Source: Catajapyx aquilonaris
Taxonomy: Eukaryota
DNA length: 61,053 bases
Direction of reading: 5' to 3'
Assembly (NCBI GenBank): GCA_000934665.2
Contig: KZ538568.1
Coordinates: 1 to 61,053, forward strand
Shown here piece after piece: positions 37,697-50,317 of this stretch. The number at the start of each line of letters is the position of its first letter. Within the stretch, counting starts at the first letter, position 1. The notes under the pieces are model-generated. The model was not told the origin of the DNA, did no database searches, and was given only the letters and a program-made list of their open reading frames with translations. A program made the translations under genes and the position numbers.

Positions 37697-38397
37697 CAGG
37701 GTCATTGAAAAAGAATGCTCGGATTTTATAAGCCTATAACTCGAAAACCTGAGACGTATCTTAATGATTTAAATTTTTAAATGCCAAGAAGTGTCTAAAG
37801 TTTTGGTCTTACCATAGTTTGTTTCGATATGAGCTCCACTTGTCGCTCGGCAAATGTAAATATGGTAATCGGTGTATGCCTAACCTGGTCAGACATGACT
37901 GGAGTCACCATTGTGATCCTATCCCGTAGGGGCTGGAGATGCCGTATCTTTTCACCATACGTGTATCTCCACGGAAAAGGCAATTGGGGTAATATCTGGG
38001 CTTCTGGGAGGGCTAGGCATGGGGAAACTTCTCATTCAGGACTTTGCACACTGGGAGGCTGAACAAATGAAACTTTCCTACGTAGGTTTGTTTCATGGAT
38101 CCGTAACTTTTTATTTGTATCAGCAAGAATCAGTGTGTGGTGTAAAGACCCAAGATATCCAGTGCCTTCAGGATTGCAACAGTAACTCCAGATATGATTG
38201 TGTGGGTGTGGCATGAGACCGAATACTGTCTTTTTTTATCTGCTGAGCGACAAATAAAGCTCATATTGAAACAAACTAAGGTGAGACCAAAACTTCTGAC
38301 ATTTCTTAGCATTTCAAAACTTAAATCATTAAGATATGTCTACAAGTTTTCAAGTTATAGGGTTTTAAAATCCGAGCATTCTTTTTCGATTACCTTG
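37697..38397. mobile_element. Tc1-like MITE with ~155-bp terminal inverted repeats
   Basis: CAGGGTCATTGAAAAAGAATGCTCGGATTTTA...GTCGCTCGGCA is mirrored by TGCTGAGCGAC...TAAAATCCGAGCATTCTTTTTCGATTACCTTG. TA on the right flank, TG on the left. Confidence 0.85.
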
Positions 38398-39849
38398 TAG
38401 TCTAAAAAGAGGATCCCATAAGGAATGATGCAATATTCTGATTTTAAACCTTAGCAACAATATCCAAAATATGCATTCTGCAATTCAGATCTCCATTTGT
38501 GATGTTTGGTAATAATATTTTGTGAGTGACTATTGCATTCAGTTTCTAGTCTGCAATACCTCTGTTGTGTAAGTCATGTAACCCTTTTCGTGGTACAAGA
38601 TTATTATTGTTTCTTTGTTACATGGTTTCGGATTAGATTTGGAAAACTCGGTATATTATTATAAGGACATTACCCTAACCAGTGAGAACGGTCAGAGATC
38701 CTTCCCATAAAGGAACATGGAAAGACATCTACTTTTCATGGGGGTAGTACTTCAGTACTGCTTGATTAACTCCCACTTCTAGCATGTGGGGAAATTGTAA
38801 TTTTATTGAGAGATTGGCATTCATTTGGCATATTGTTCCCATACGAGATACTTTTAATTATGATTTATTTGGAGTACGCAAATGGTTTTAGGTTGGACTG
38901 TAGCAGAATATCTGTCCTACCAACTCCTGGCATAATAATGGGAATATTTTTGTAGGTCTAGGAGCTCAAATAGTGATGTGCAAAGCTATTTCTGGCAATT
39001 TTAGATAACAAAATACAAATTTTAGTTATAGTGGGAAGTCAATGTGGATGTGTAAGGTCGTACAATAATTTTTCTGCAATGACATATCTCTGTAGAATCA
39101 TGGTGCAAAAGTGGTCCAAAGTTGTTAGTGCAATATGTGTACTAAATTATTGTTGAACTGGTAGCTTTTATTGATATTTGAGTTGTGTACGTGATACAAT
39201 ACTGCGAAAAATTATATTATTGCACAGAAGACTGCACGTAGATTATGCAGTGAGGGGGAACAAGAATGGTACAAATAGTCACGAATTTCTTCTGTGGTAC
39301 AGTAAAGTACCATACTGCATAATATGTACCCATATAATGGTCATTTCCCTATGACCCAGCATCTCTGACATGTTGTTGTTGTGCAAAAAAGGTTCCTGTT
39401 GTATAACAGGGTAAGTTATTTTGTGTGCTTTTGCATGCGTTCACTCAGCCATACAGAGGGAATCATTTTGATCAATTACTGATTTTTTTTGTTTCCTGTT
39501 AAACAGGAACACTGTGTTGAGAGTTTTAAACAATAAAAAAATCCTAGTTGCAATTATCAGTCTTTGTTTTTCCAAACTTGCCCTCCCCTGCGACACACTT
39601 ACACCTCTGTAGGTGTTTCATGGACGGTTTTCATGAAGGAAAGAAACATGTGCACGCCGCTCCTGACGGGATGGAAAGAAATGGGCTTGCCATTGGTTCT
39701 GACATGCCAGTCATGTCATATGCCTAAATTTAATTGTAAAGTACTCGTAACATTACAATTAAATAGGCATCCCACATGTGACATGACTAATGTATGACCA
39801 AGTAAATGGGTACATTTTTCAAACACATAAGTGATGCAGCCAGATAACA

Positions 39850-40198
39850 ACTTGTAAGGGAGTTGTGAGAGAGGCCGTGAGATGCCGCCAGTGCCCAGTG
39901 GGAGAAACGCGACCTGCCCTGGTGGCCGCAGTACCCAACTACTAGGAAGCTGATATCTCCTTTGGCAGTGTATTTCATCCCTTTGCTTGGCGATTTTTTT
40001 GCATTTGTTGTCTGTGGGACAGGGCGCTGGGTTCGCACCACAGCGAGCGGTGGGGTTGGTTGGTTGGCTGGCTGACGGGTGTCGGTGTCGTACTGTCAGG
40101 TGAAAGGGTGGCAGATACCAGACGGGTTGGTAGGTTGTAAGTCACCGGCTGCCTGACAGGTATAGGCACGAAGAGGCGGGCTAGACGACTCGGAGACT
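39850..40198 (+). promoter_or_regulatory. CpG-rich promoter/5' UTR of the MBOAT gene
   Basis: Abrupt rise in GC/CpG just after the AATAAA at 39532 and immediately before the ATG at 40199. Confidence 0.5.
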
Positions 40199-43100
40199 AT
40201 GGAGCTTCATCCCGAAGCCATGGAAGGGGAGGCTGAGACCGCCGGCTTCTACGACGGATCCCGCATCTTCTCCGGCGCCGCTGTCTGGATGGGGCTGCCC
40301 ATGGACCAGGTGAGATCAGTTGTGGGAATAACGACTTTCGATCGACATGGCGCGGCATGGGCGACAGGTGCATTATTGTTATCGTATGGCACACGGTGAC
40401 CTTACGAGGGGGCAATATCCGCAAGCCGAGGGAAAGGTGGCCTGGTGGATCTCTAGTGCGCAGGCAGAAAAAAAAAATATCCTAGGGGAGGGAGGGATGG
40501 CCCCATGCCCGCCCTTACCCTTGGTCGGACGATGACACTTGCAGCACTATACCCACCATCGCACCTGCCTCTCCTGGGGGCATAATACCAATAACTACCC
40601 CTGACCCTCGCTCAACCGCAGCCAAGGGACGTGCCCAAACAGTGGCGCTTATCACATGCATGGGATTTCCACCGAGTTTGAGGATTGAGGTAATAATCAT
40701 AAAGGATGCGGCGCCACTGACGGATGTGTGTTTACACGGGGAGTCCTTGGTTGGGTTTGCCTAAAATAGGAAGCTGTGCACTCGGGCAGAATGACACCAA
40801 ACAGGACCGCGAATAGGGGCACAGTCGGCGGTGGAAAAGATGAGAGGTAAACTCTCGGAACCGTTGTTTATGTCTTACAATAAGCTGGAAGGGTCATGCA
40901 GTACAAGGCGGTAGTGTACAATAGTACAAAAACGATGCATGATTTTATCGAGGGATTACCGAGTAGCATGATGTGGGGCATGTTGCATAATATTAACGTT
41001 TCATCACAGGAAAGAGGTAAATTGTACCGATTTATTATCCGCTGGGATTAGGACATTCTTCAATGCCCTAATGACAGTTGTGCAACAAGTGAGTGCATTC
41101 AAGGGCAAATAAGTGTGGGTTGAACACTGCGCCCGATTTGCAGAATAATATAGCCGCAGCATTGAGTGGGCAGGTGCAAAGTATTTCCTTCTTTCTCACT
41201 CTGTGTATATGCTGCCATATGTTTATATCAGCTATTCTAATTTCGGATTTGCCATATTTAAAAATCAAATTGCCATTCAGTTGTCAGTTTCCTCAAACTC
41301 TCACTTCCATTTTTGGGGCATGGGCGCATTTTTTGTGTGGAAGGAGACTATTTTTTTTTGCAGCTATTCACACTGCAATGCCTAATTGGGAAATTATGTC
41401 AGCAGGTTTCATTTACATGGTGCTTTTGCTGCACTACTTGGGTGATATAAATTGTAAATCAGCGAAAGTGTGGGAAAACTGCTGTTGACCACTCAAAGAG
41501 CGAAATATTTTTGCTGGGCTGTAGTATATTGGAGAGACGAGACAGGAAAGAGAATGGCTTCAGGTAATCTTAGCCGATTTGTGGTGCGTCAGGCTCGATA
41601 TATTTTTAAACTCCTGTATTGATCCCAGGGTCCTGGTAATAATTATCTGCTCTCCTCCGAAGCGTAGCACCTGAAACGACGATTTCGATGCTAATATTTT
41701 ATGAGCCGGTGATCATTATTCGTATGAATCAGAATCTGTCAGTCTGTCTGGACATCCGGACCATCTTGACGTAGCATTGTCAGAATTGCATCATACACCT
41801 AATCCATGGAAAAGTGCGCTAGAGAAACTTCAGGAGAGGTCGGAATGAGAGCATGAAATGAGTAGCATATATGCCGTCATTTTAAACTCGTGATTACACA
41901 CGTTTGTCAGGTGACGCGAAACGTGCAACGAAATTCTGTGCGTGTGCACATTCCCGGAAATAATTCCCACGTTATTGTGCATTAGTCTTTGTTTCTTCCT
42001 CGACATTCTTGGGCAACTTACCAATAAATATTGCATTGTGCCAAGCTTTTAAGCGACCGATTGTCCAGCTAAATACTCGGTTTCAGCTGATGAAAGAGTA
42101 TTCTGTCCGGGGGATTTTCCGTCGTTTCCACTCACAGTGAATCATCATGCTAAATGCGAATGAACAAAGTGCTCATTAAACTGTAACGTACAGCAATTAG
42201 TCACGAAATGGATTTAATTTGCGGAATAAACAGTAGTGATATAATATCATAAATAACAGATGCGATTCTGCTACATTTGCTTCGAAACAAGTGCGTGTGT
42301 CCGATAAGCAGCAAGATTAGTAACTCTGGGTACAAAAAGGCATCTGTCATATGGCAAACTTTGCCCCTAGCCTGAGAACATGCCACCTTGCTATATACTC
42401 TGAACCCCATAGATACGACCTTACTTTTTTTTTAAATGCCATATTCAGAAACATAGTCGTGTAACACCCTGCACCATGCTGAATGTAGCACAGTACTGGT
42501 AATTGGACTGATCATACGAAGACCTTCGAGGAGATGAGGAATGAAGCTAGGAATGCGTCACGGAAGCACAGCCGACAAGTGCAAGCGGCATCTTTCCTCA
42601 TTTCGCAGTCATGTGACATCCAACCTTGGTCTCGCAGTGTAGGTCACTCTAGGGGACACACCTCACATACCCACTTTTGCCCCAGTGTGTCCGTTTGCAA
42701 GTCTTACCTGACATGGGTTACATCATCAGTTCCGGGTGGTGGAGACTAAACCAAATTATTTCTGTACAGACCGCTGCTTTGTGTACGGTGTAGCATATAT
42801 TCCCAAATAGGCGTCATATTTTCAGGACCCACATGACGACACTGCACCGTCGCATTTTAGCGGTGACCTCAGATCGGATGATCGCCTTTTTAAAAAGTGG
42901 GTTCAGCATGTTTGTAAGTCGACCTTCCTGAGCGTTAGTCACGGTGACAATGACATCAGAACTCGTGCCCGCGAAGTCCGTATCACGACGATCATGTAAA
43001 TTAGCGCGGGGGCGGGTATGGCGTGTTGGAGGCTATTAATATACAGGGATATTGTGCGAGTGCTGTGAACTTACTAAAATCAATGGGTACACGCGCACTT

Positions 43101-46100
43101 TTTTCGTCAAGTTATGGTTTTTTTGGGCATCGGGCCATGTGCAATATGGGCATGCGACGGATGATCCTAGTTTTCCGGAGCTATTTTCGTGACTCACGCG
43201 GTTTCGTGCGCAGAATTAAGGATTGAAGAGAGAGACACCGGTTATTAGGCCACCGTGATTATTTGCACCGTGGGAGAATCGGGAATTAGAGGTGTTTACA
43301 TGTTCAGGTTATATAAGTGCTTACAGGTAGAAAAATGCGCATTGGGAGCAAGCGTTCCCGTACCATCCTAATTGCCTTAATTTTATAGTTTGTATAGCAA
43401 TTTGGGTAAATATACTGCATCAGGAACGGTACGAACATGGCGCGGAGAATTCCGTCTGTATGCTCATTGGCTTCGCTATATGCTCCTTGTGATTGTTGTG
43501 GTGTAGAGGAGGATGTCCCAGTCTGGAAGTAATAAAGTCGAATGAAGTTGTGCTCTTTTCATGCTTCAGTCGACGGGCCTTGAAAAGAGCCCGTTGTGGG
43601 TACCCAATGTATCTCTTTGTGTGCCATATCAAAACTAATGTGGTTGAAAATCGGGGCTACTAGGTTGGGCTAAAAATCTGCCCTTGGAATTTGATACCGT
43701 TTACACGCTAAAAAGGCGTTACCTAGTGGACATTGCACTGGATGCATGACTGGGGTTAAGGGACATAGATAAAAATGTGCCATGTTGTACCACTAGATTA
43801 GCCAGTACATTGGAATATAATGTTATAAGTGGCTTCCTCAGGACACTTGATTAGTGTTATCTAAATTGCATAATATATTTATCGTAGTGCTTATTAATAA
43901 CTGAAGTTCATATGAAAATGTTTTTAAAAAACTTGTTTTTCTGGGGAATCGCTAATGGACAGGTGTATTCAAGGACCTAATAACAATTGCAACACACCAG
44001 ATCTCTGCAGAGTTTCCCAATGATTGCACCAGAGACCAAGTAGTAGTCAGTCAAATTTTCCAGTGATTTGTTAGGGATTTGTATAAAAATTATTCAACAT
44101 AAATGTCTAAATGTCCTTAGACTCACTTCAGAATACAAAACTATTGACTGGTAACATCACGCAGAGTCCAATTAAATGTGAGGAATTGAACCAAACCTGT
44201 CAAAAAAATGAACAAGATTCCTTTATGTAATGATGAATGGCAAAAAATGTAGGTTTTGCAAAAAGCCGAAATTTACATAACAATGTCCTTGGGGGGAAAA
44301 AACAGTTTTTCCAGGCCCTTACAACACTATTACTCAAATGTTTTTTGAAGGCCCCTGATGTAAGCAACTAGTATATTGGTGAGAGTGGTGCAACTCCTGT
44401 ACAGACTAGGAATTTTTAGCGCATCATAGTACTTTGGTCGACATTGATGTTAATGAGTATCTCGGAAATGAGGTCTCATTATAGGTAGCCCTGGTGGCAT
44501 ACCAATCAGGGGGGTTTGTAATTAAATGAAGCGTAATGCTAATGAGCTGTGGCTGATGATGCATGTCCTCTTTAACAGGTGAATTACTTGGCTGCCCAGC
44601 TGCTGTCATTACTGTTGGCCCTGATCTTCCGCAATACATTCCATCCAAGCAGAGTCAGCAAGGACACAAGACATTATGTGTCACTTACTGGTGGACTCTT
44701 CATTGGATACTTTTGCTTTGGAAGGTCAGCACTTGACAATAGTCATTGTAAACAAAACTAACATTCAATTCATTGCTAATAGTTTTCTTCATCCTATTTT
44801 TGGAGATATTTTCAGAGTCAGCTGTCAATAACAATAGTTTAGGTACAGGTGGAGAGGGGAGGAACATAATTCCTAAGAGTGAGAGTGAAAAAAATACAAT
44901 GTAAGGAAGTGAGAATTCCTTAAAGCATTCCCACAACTAAGAACATGGTCTTGTGAAGTTTCATCAGATGTACCTTCCCAAAACAATTACAGTTCCTACT
45001 CATGTTGGGTCAAAATGTACCTAATGCAGTTTAACCTAACTAATCCAGACTGCTTTGAACATATACTCTCACAGGTAACTGTGTGGAAGAACATCTTGCC
45101 AGTATTAGGGCATATTCCCAGCTGTTCATTAAGATTTTATGTACAAGAATGGTCTGGTCTGACAGTTTTGCAGGAAACCAAACTCTACTGATATCCTTAG
45201 ACAATAAATTGTCTAAGCCGATATTGTTTACAGTATTACAGTCCTTCTTTAGGGTGTCACATTAAATGGATGATAGCTCCTAGTGCACTAGGTCATTATT
45301 CCTGACCACTCCTGCGAACATCTAATCACAAGACAAAGTCCATTGGAAGTGCTTGGAATTAACCCTTTGCCCCTTGGTATGTGTGAACTTACGTCACACA
45401 ACACCTGAGCTGAATAACATGAGGTGACAAAGTATGGACATAAATGTGGTGGCCTTTGGCAAATGAAAAAATTGGCCAGGAGATGTTAGGAGATAAACAC
45501 CTTAGTTTGAAAAGAGCGTTCAGGTCATTAGGCATGTTAACCTCATTGAACAACGATAAGGCTGATAAAAGGCCTGAGGGAGGAAGTGCCCTTGACGGTG
45601 AAGGACATGCAAAACCCACAGACTAGCTTCCTTTATGATTTATTTAGCTTCACTTTGCACCACCCAAGATTTTGCAATGTTGACAATAATATTTTGTTAT
45701 GATTTTGTTTTCCAGGCAGGCCATTCATATTGCTGCTCTCCCCACAATATGCTATGCTGTCATGAAGACTGTGAATCCACACATCATGCAGAGGTAAATT
45801 CTTTTAAACAGTAGCAACTCATTTCCTAACCTGGAGGTGCCATTGCTGTGGAGTAAGAGCGGAAACATGAAACCACGACTTTTACAGAGTGGTACTGGTG
45901 GTGTCCCTGGGCTACCTGTCCTTTATCCACATCCAGCGGCAAATCTATGACTATGGAGGCTGGTCTTTGGACATCACTGGTCCTCTGATGGTCATAACAC
46001 AGAAGGTAACTGCATTGGCCTTCAGTCTCCATGATGGGCTGGTGCGAAAGGAGGAGGACCTCACACCTACCCAGAAGCACCATGTGGTTCGACGCATACC

Positions 46101-48940
46101 AACCCTGCTTGAATACTACAGCTACATGTTCCACTTCCAAGCACTGCTGGCAGGGCCTGTAGTATTTTATGTTGACTACATGGACTTTATACATGGAGCC
46201 ACATTCAGGAAGCACGCTCTCTTGCAAAATGTGAGTAACAGTGTCATTGTGTAGGGCTATATTTTCACAGGCAAAAGATAGGCATAAAAATGACTGATAT
46301 TCATACAATCCTTTGGGGGCATCCTTATCAGTGTGGATATCATAGATGCACCCAAGAGTGTTATTATACAGTATCCCCTAAGCTTGCGCCATCCCACTAG
46401 TTGGGATTGACTGGTGTCAAGGAAAAGTCATCAGCCTGATACTGTAAATTCAAACTTGAGTGGGATAATTTAGAAGTGGGTTGAAATAATTATGTAACAT
46501 ATAGGGAAATACCTATTCCAGTTTGAAATGATCAGGCCTGTGATGCCAGCTTATGAGTTTCCTTTGGGATGGCTCCCCCCTGGATGTACCCTTCCATGTG
46601 GCACATTTTCAGAACAAAAGTCGAATTTAGTTTTTATATGCATATAGGATGGGCCTACATTTGTTTGTGACAGTTTGTTGTCAGTAAGAAAGAGCAAGAG
46701 GAAAATCAAACTTATTAATTCCTGGAAATGGACACTCCACAGTTTTTCTCATTCCCCTCCTATCTGTCTCTTTGCAATGTAACATGTTTGCTATCTGCTC
46801 CAGCAAATATACTTGTATATCCTGGGGATAATGAACATGCAGGAGACGGAGACCGAGAATCTTTACTAAATACTGTATGATTTTGCATTTGCACACATTT
46901 GCAAAGACATTTCAGATAATATCAGTGACTGTTGCTTAAATAGTGGTCTCTAGATAGTCAACAGCAAAATACATCGCCATTTGGTGACTGAGTCAAGATC
47001 AAAAAGGTTGTGCCATCTAGACCTGGTACAGTACCAACAACACAGCACCCAGGATACACCGTACTGAATTTCTTGACTGTACATGTACAGTACGTACATT
47101 ATAGAAGTACGTTTTGTTCACAGCCTTGCTAATTATACACTGTGATGTCATTTTTGGGCTGGGTTGCATCACTGAAGGTGGATTTATGGTCAAGGTTATT
47201 CATTTTAACAAGAATACATCTTCATTCAGTGGATGTAACCTGTTCTGAATCATTATTTCAGTTGCTGTAAATAATGTGAACTCATCATAAGCCATGCAAT
47301 TTGACATATTTGTCACATTTTGTATTGTGGGGGAACTGGGGGGAACTATCTGTTTTAGAGTGCAATGCATGAAGGTGAATGCTACTCTTAATTATTGGTT
47401 TGTCCAAAATTTACTGTAGATGTTGCTCTCTTATCAGGGCCATGTGGACAGCAACTGGAACAGCAAAGTAGTAGTGGTGGAACCATCTCCAGCTCGTGTG
47501 GTGATCCAGAAAGTTGTGTTCAGCCTTGGATTTGCAGTCCTGTATGTGGTCACACCTCCATTCATCCCCATCCAACGTGCCAGAGAGTCAGACTTTCTCC
47601 AGGACAGCTCGATTGCCCACAAGACCTTGTATTTGTACCTGGCAACTTCTGTGTGCCGCTTCAAATACTATCATGCCTGGCTCATGGCTGATGCTATTTG
47701 CAATGCTTCTGGCCTGGGCTTCAATGGGTACAATGAGGATGGCACTGCCCGGTGGGATCTCATTTCTAATGTAGATGTGATTGGAATGGAGTTGAATCCC
47801 AGCCTCAAAGAGACTATGGAGGCCTGGAACAAAGGGACCATGCAGTGGCTGAGATTGGTCGTTTACGAGAGGGCCACTACCCAAAAAACCCTCTTAACAT
47901 ATGTCCTATCAGCTGTCTGGCATGGGTTCTACCCTGGTTACTACCTCACCTTCCTGACTGGTGCTTTGTTCACTTACGCCGCCCGGAGTGTACGGAGACT
48001 GATGCGGCCCATGATGGTGGTGTCACGTGGAAGGAAGTTTGCCTACGACCTGTTTACCATTGTGACCACACGCGTCATTATGGGGTACCTGACTGCTCCT
48101 TTTGTACTCCTGGAACTGTGGCCTTCTATTGGAGTGCTCAAGTAAGTGATGGATGGCATATATTCTGCAGAAATATGAGGTGCAGTCACACCTTGGTCAC
48201 ACTAGGTAGACAGACCTGCTTGAGAAAATTGTCATAATAATGAAGGCCTGAATCCAGGTTGTTTTCTACTCTAAGAGAGTCAAATGTGAATGGCATAGCA
48301 ACCACATCTCAAGTGTGTCTGATGCTTAGTTGTTAGTGTAGAAGCATGTGTGTGTGGTATATTTATTTTCAGCTTTTCACTGACCAGCTTAACTGTTGAA
48401 CTTTTATTTATATTTTTATCTTTAACAGAGCTTGTACAGTACTGTACTATCAGGATGGTAATGGTCTGTATACTTGGGGTAGGCTGAGGGTCATGCTATC
48501 CACCAGGCAGCCAGCATAACCCTCAGCCTACCCCCAAGTGTCCAGACCGCAGTCCAGACAATTCCCATGCCAATAGTACCTCGCGTCAATTTGCTAGCCT
48601 TCCCACTATTTCTTCCGTACAATTCACTATACAATATGTAATACAATCCTAATTTTCTTCATAGCATCCAAAGACTTTTTATCATCATTTATACCTAAGT
48701 TGCATGCACAAAATGCTAAAATGGTGCAGTGTACTTAACTTGTGCCCTTTCTGCAGGTCAATGTATTTTTATCAGCACATCCTAGGCATCCTGTTCATTG
48801 TTGTACTTCCAAAACTGGGGTCCAAGAAGCCCAAGGCTACCACTGAGAAAGCAGGGTTGAAGAAAGACAGAGCTGGGGACAAGGAGGAAACCAAGCTTGT
48901 CAGTGGGGGTCTTGCACCTGCTAAGGACAAGGCTGTGTGA
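40199..48940 (+). CDS. oys: MBOAT-family lysophospholipid acyltransferase (MBOAT1/2, oysgedart-like)
   Basis: Exons 40199-40309, 44579-44724, 45716-45793, 45888-46230, 47438-48141, 48757-48940(TGA). Motifs GLPMDQ|VNY, DITGPLMVITQK, FSLHDG, ICNASGLGFNGY, WDLISN, WN and the catalytic SAVWHGFYPGYY. Confidence 0.95.
48444..48579. repeat. Palindromic element with ~34-bp hairpin stem
   Basis: 48463-48497 pairs with 48513-48548. The outer GTACTAT.../...ATAGTAC segments are also inverted. Confidence 0.8.
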
Positions 48941-50317
48941 AGAGTAATTATACACCACTTTACTTTATTTTTTAAATTTTAAATATTATCCATGTATATT
49001 TTTACGAGTCAGATCACCTTAGAGCTGGAGCTTCGTAGGCAATGCACCGGTGTCGATATTTATTTTTAATTTACTAAGTCCCTCCCTGTCATGCTGTAGA
49101 TTAAGATTAGCCCTGTACCCATGTATCTTTTTTAAAATTGTATTTTATTTTTATATACTGGAAGCCCAGTATCATATCATGTATTTCTCTTTCCAACATG
49201 CCAGTGTCAAGGAACATGTCCTCTTTACACCAAAAATACTGGAAACATGTTCAACAGTTTCCAGAAACTGAAACAGCAGTACAATGATCACTTATGTGAA
49301 GGGCCAAAACTTTTTATCTTAAACTGTCTGTCCATTCCAATGGGAAAAATGCCTTCCATCCCATTTCTTCATAGTTCTTCAAGTTTTATTTTGTTGCGTC
49401 ATAAATCATTACTGCAATTGATATTCTTATAGTCAGCACTTAGCACTGTAAGCATTTAGTCAAGGAAGTGCTTTGCTTTGAATATTATTGATTTGGCTCT
49501 CTGAGTCTTCTGATGTGGTAAAGGAATTAATCTGCAGTTACACAGTTCCTCCCAAAAATGTACATATTATGATTATGTAATGTCTCGTTCATTTTGTCCA
49601 GAAAAATGACAATCACTGTAGGTTGGATTTCCCATCCACTGATGATAAAAAGATTTTTGTACTGTTTTGCATCGAGCATATCAAGTGACTTTTTAAAAAC
49701 CAGGCATTTACATGTGTCTGGCAAAGAGAGATGAACACTAATGTGCCATTTGTAACCTGATTCCAATGGATAGCAAAAACGAAGTCAATTAGGTGACAAT
49801 TTGTTGTAAACAGAATTTCCGTGCAGTTAGGCTTGCATAGGCAGAAGATTTACTTGTTGTCATCAGCTAACAGTAATATTGTTATTGTTACTAATTTAAT
49901 AACATTTTATTTTGGTTTGGTTGTGAGCTTGACTCAAAGTGATTGTTTTAAGTGCAATAACATCTCCAATTAACCATGAAAAGAATAGACAAGCCAGTCA
50001 TATAGGCAGCTGATCTCATTTCTTGCTTCCAACATCAAGACTTCCAATGTGGGCCAAATGTAAACTGCAAGATAAAATGAAAATTTCAGATTGTTTTTTT
50101 TAAAGGGTTCAAACATGTGCCCTCTTTTATAACCATTTTCATCCCCCAGGAGTGTCATAATTACAGAGGTTGGTGTATTTTTTTAACATGTCATTAATGC
50201 AACAAAGAAATTGCTATCAGCATTTGTACTTGTATGTGTGAGGTGTGTACATTTTTTTTTTCTTTATGTGACTGTTGTGAACATGTTGAATAAAAGGTTT
50301 GAAAGAGAAATATTAAG

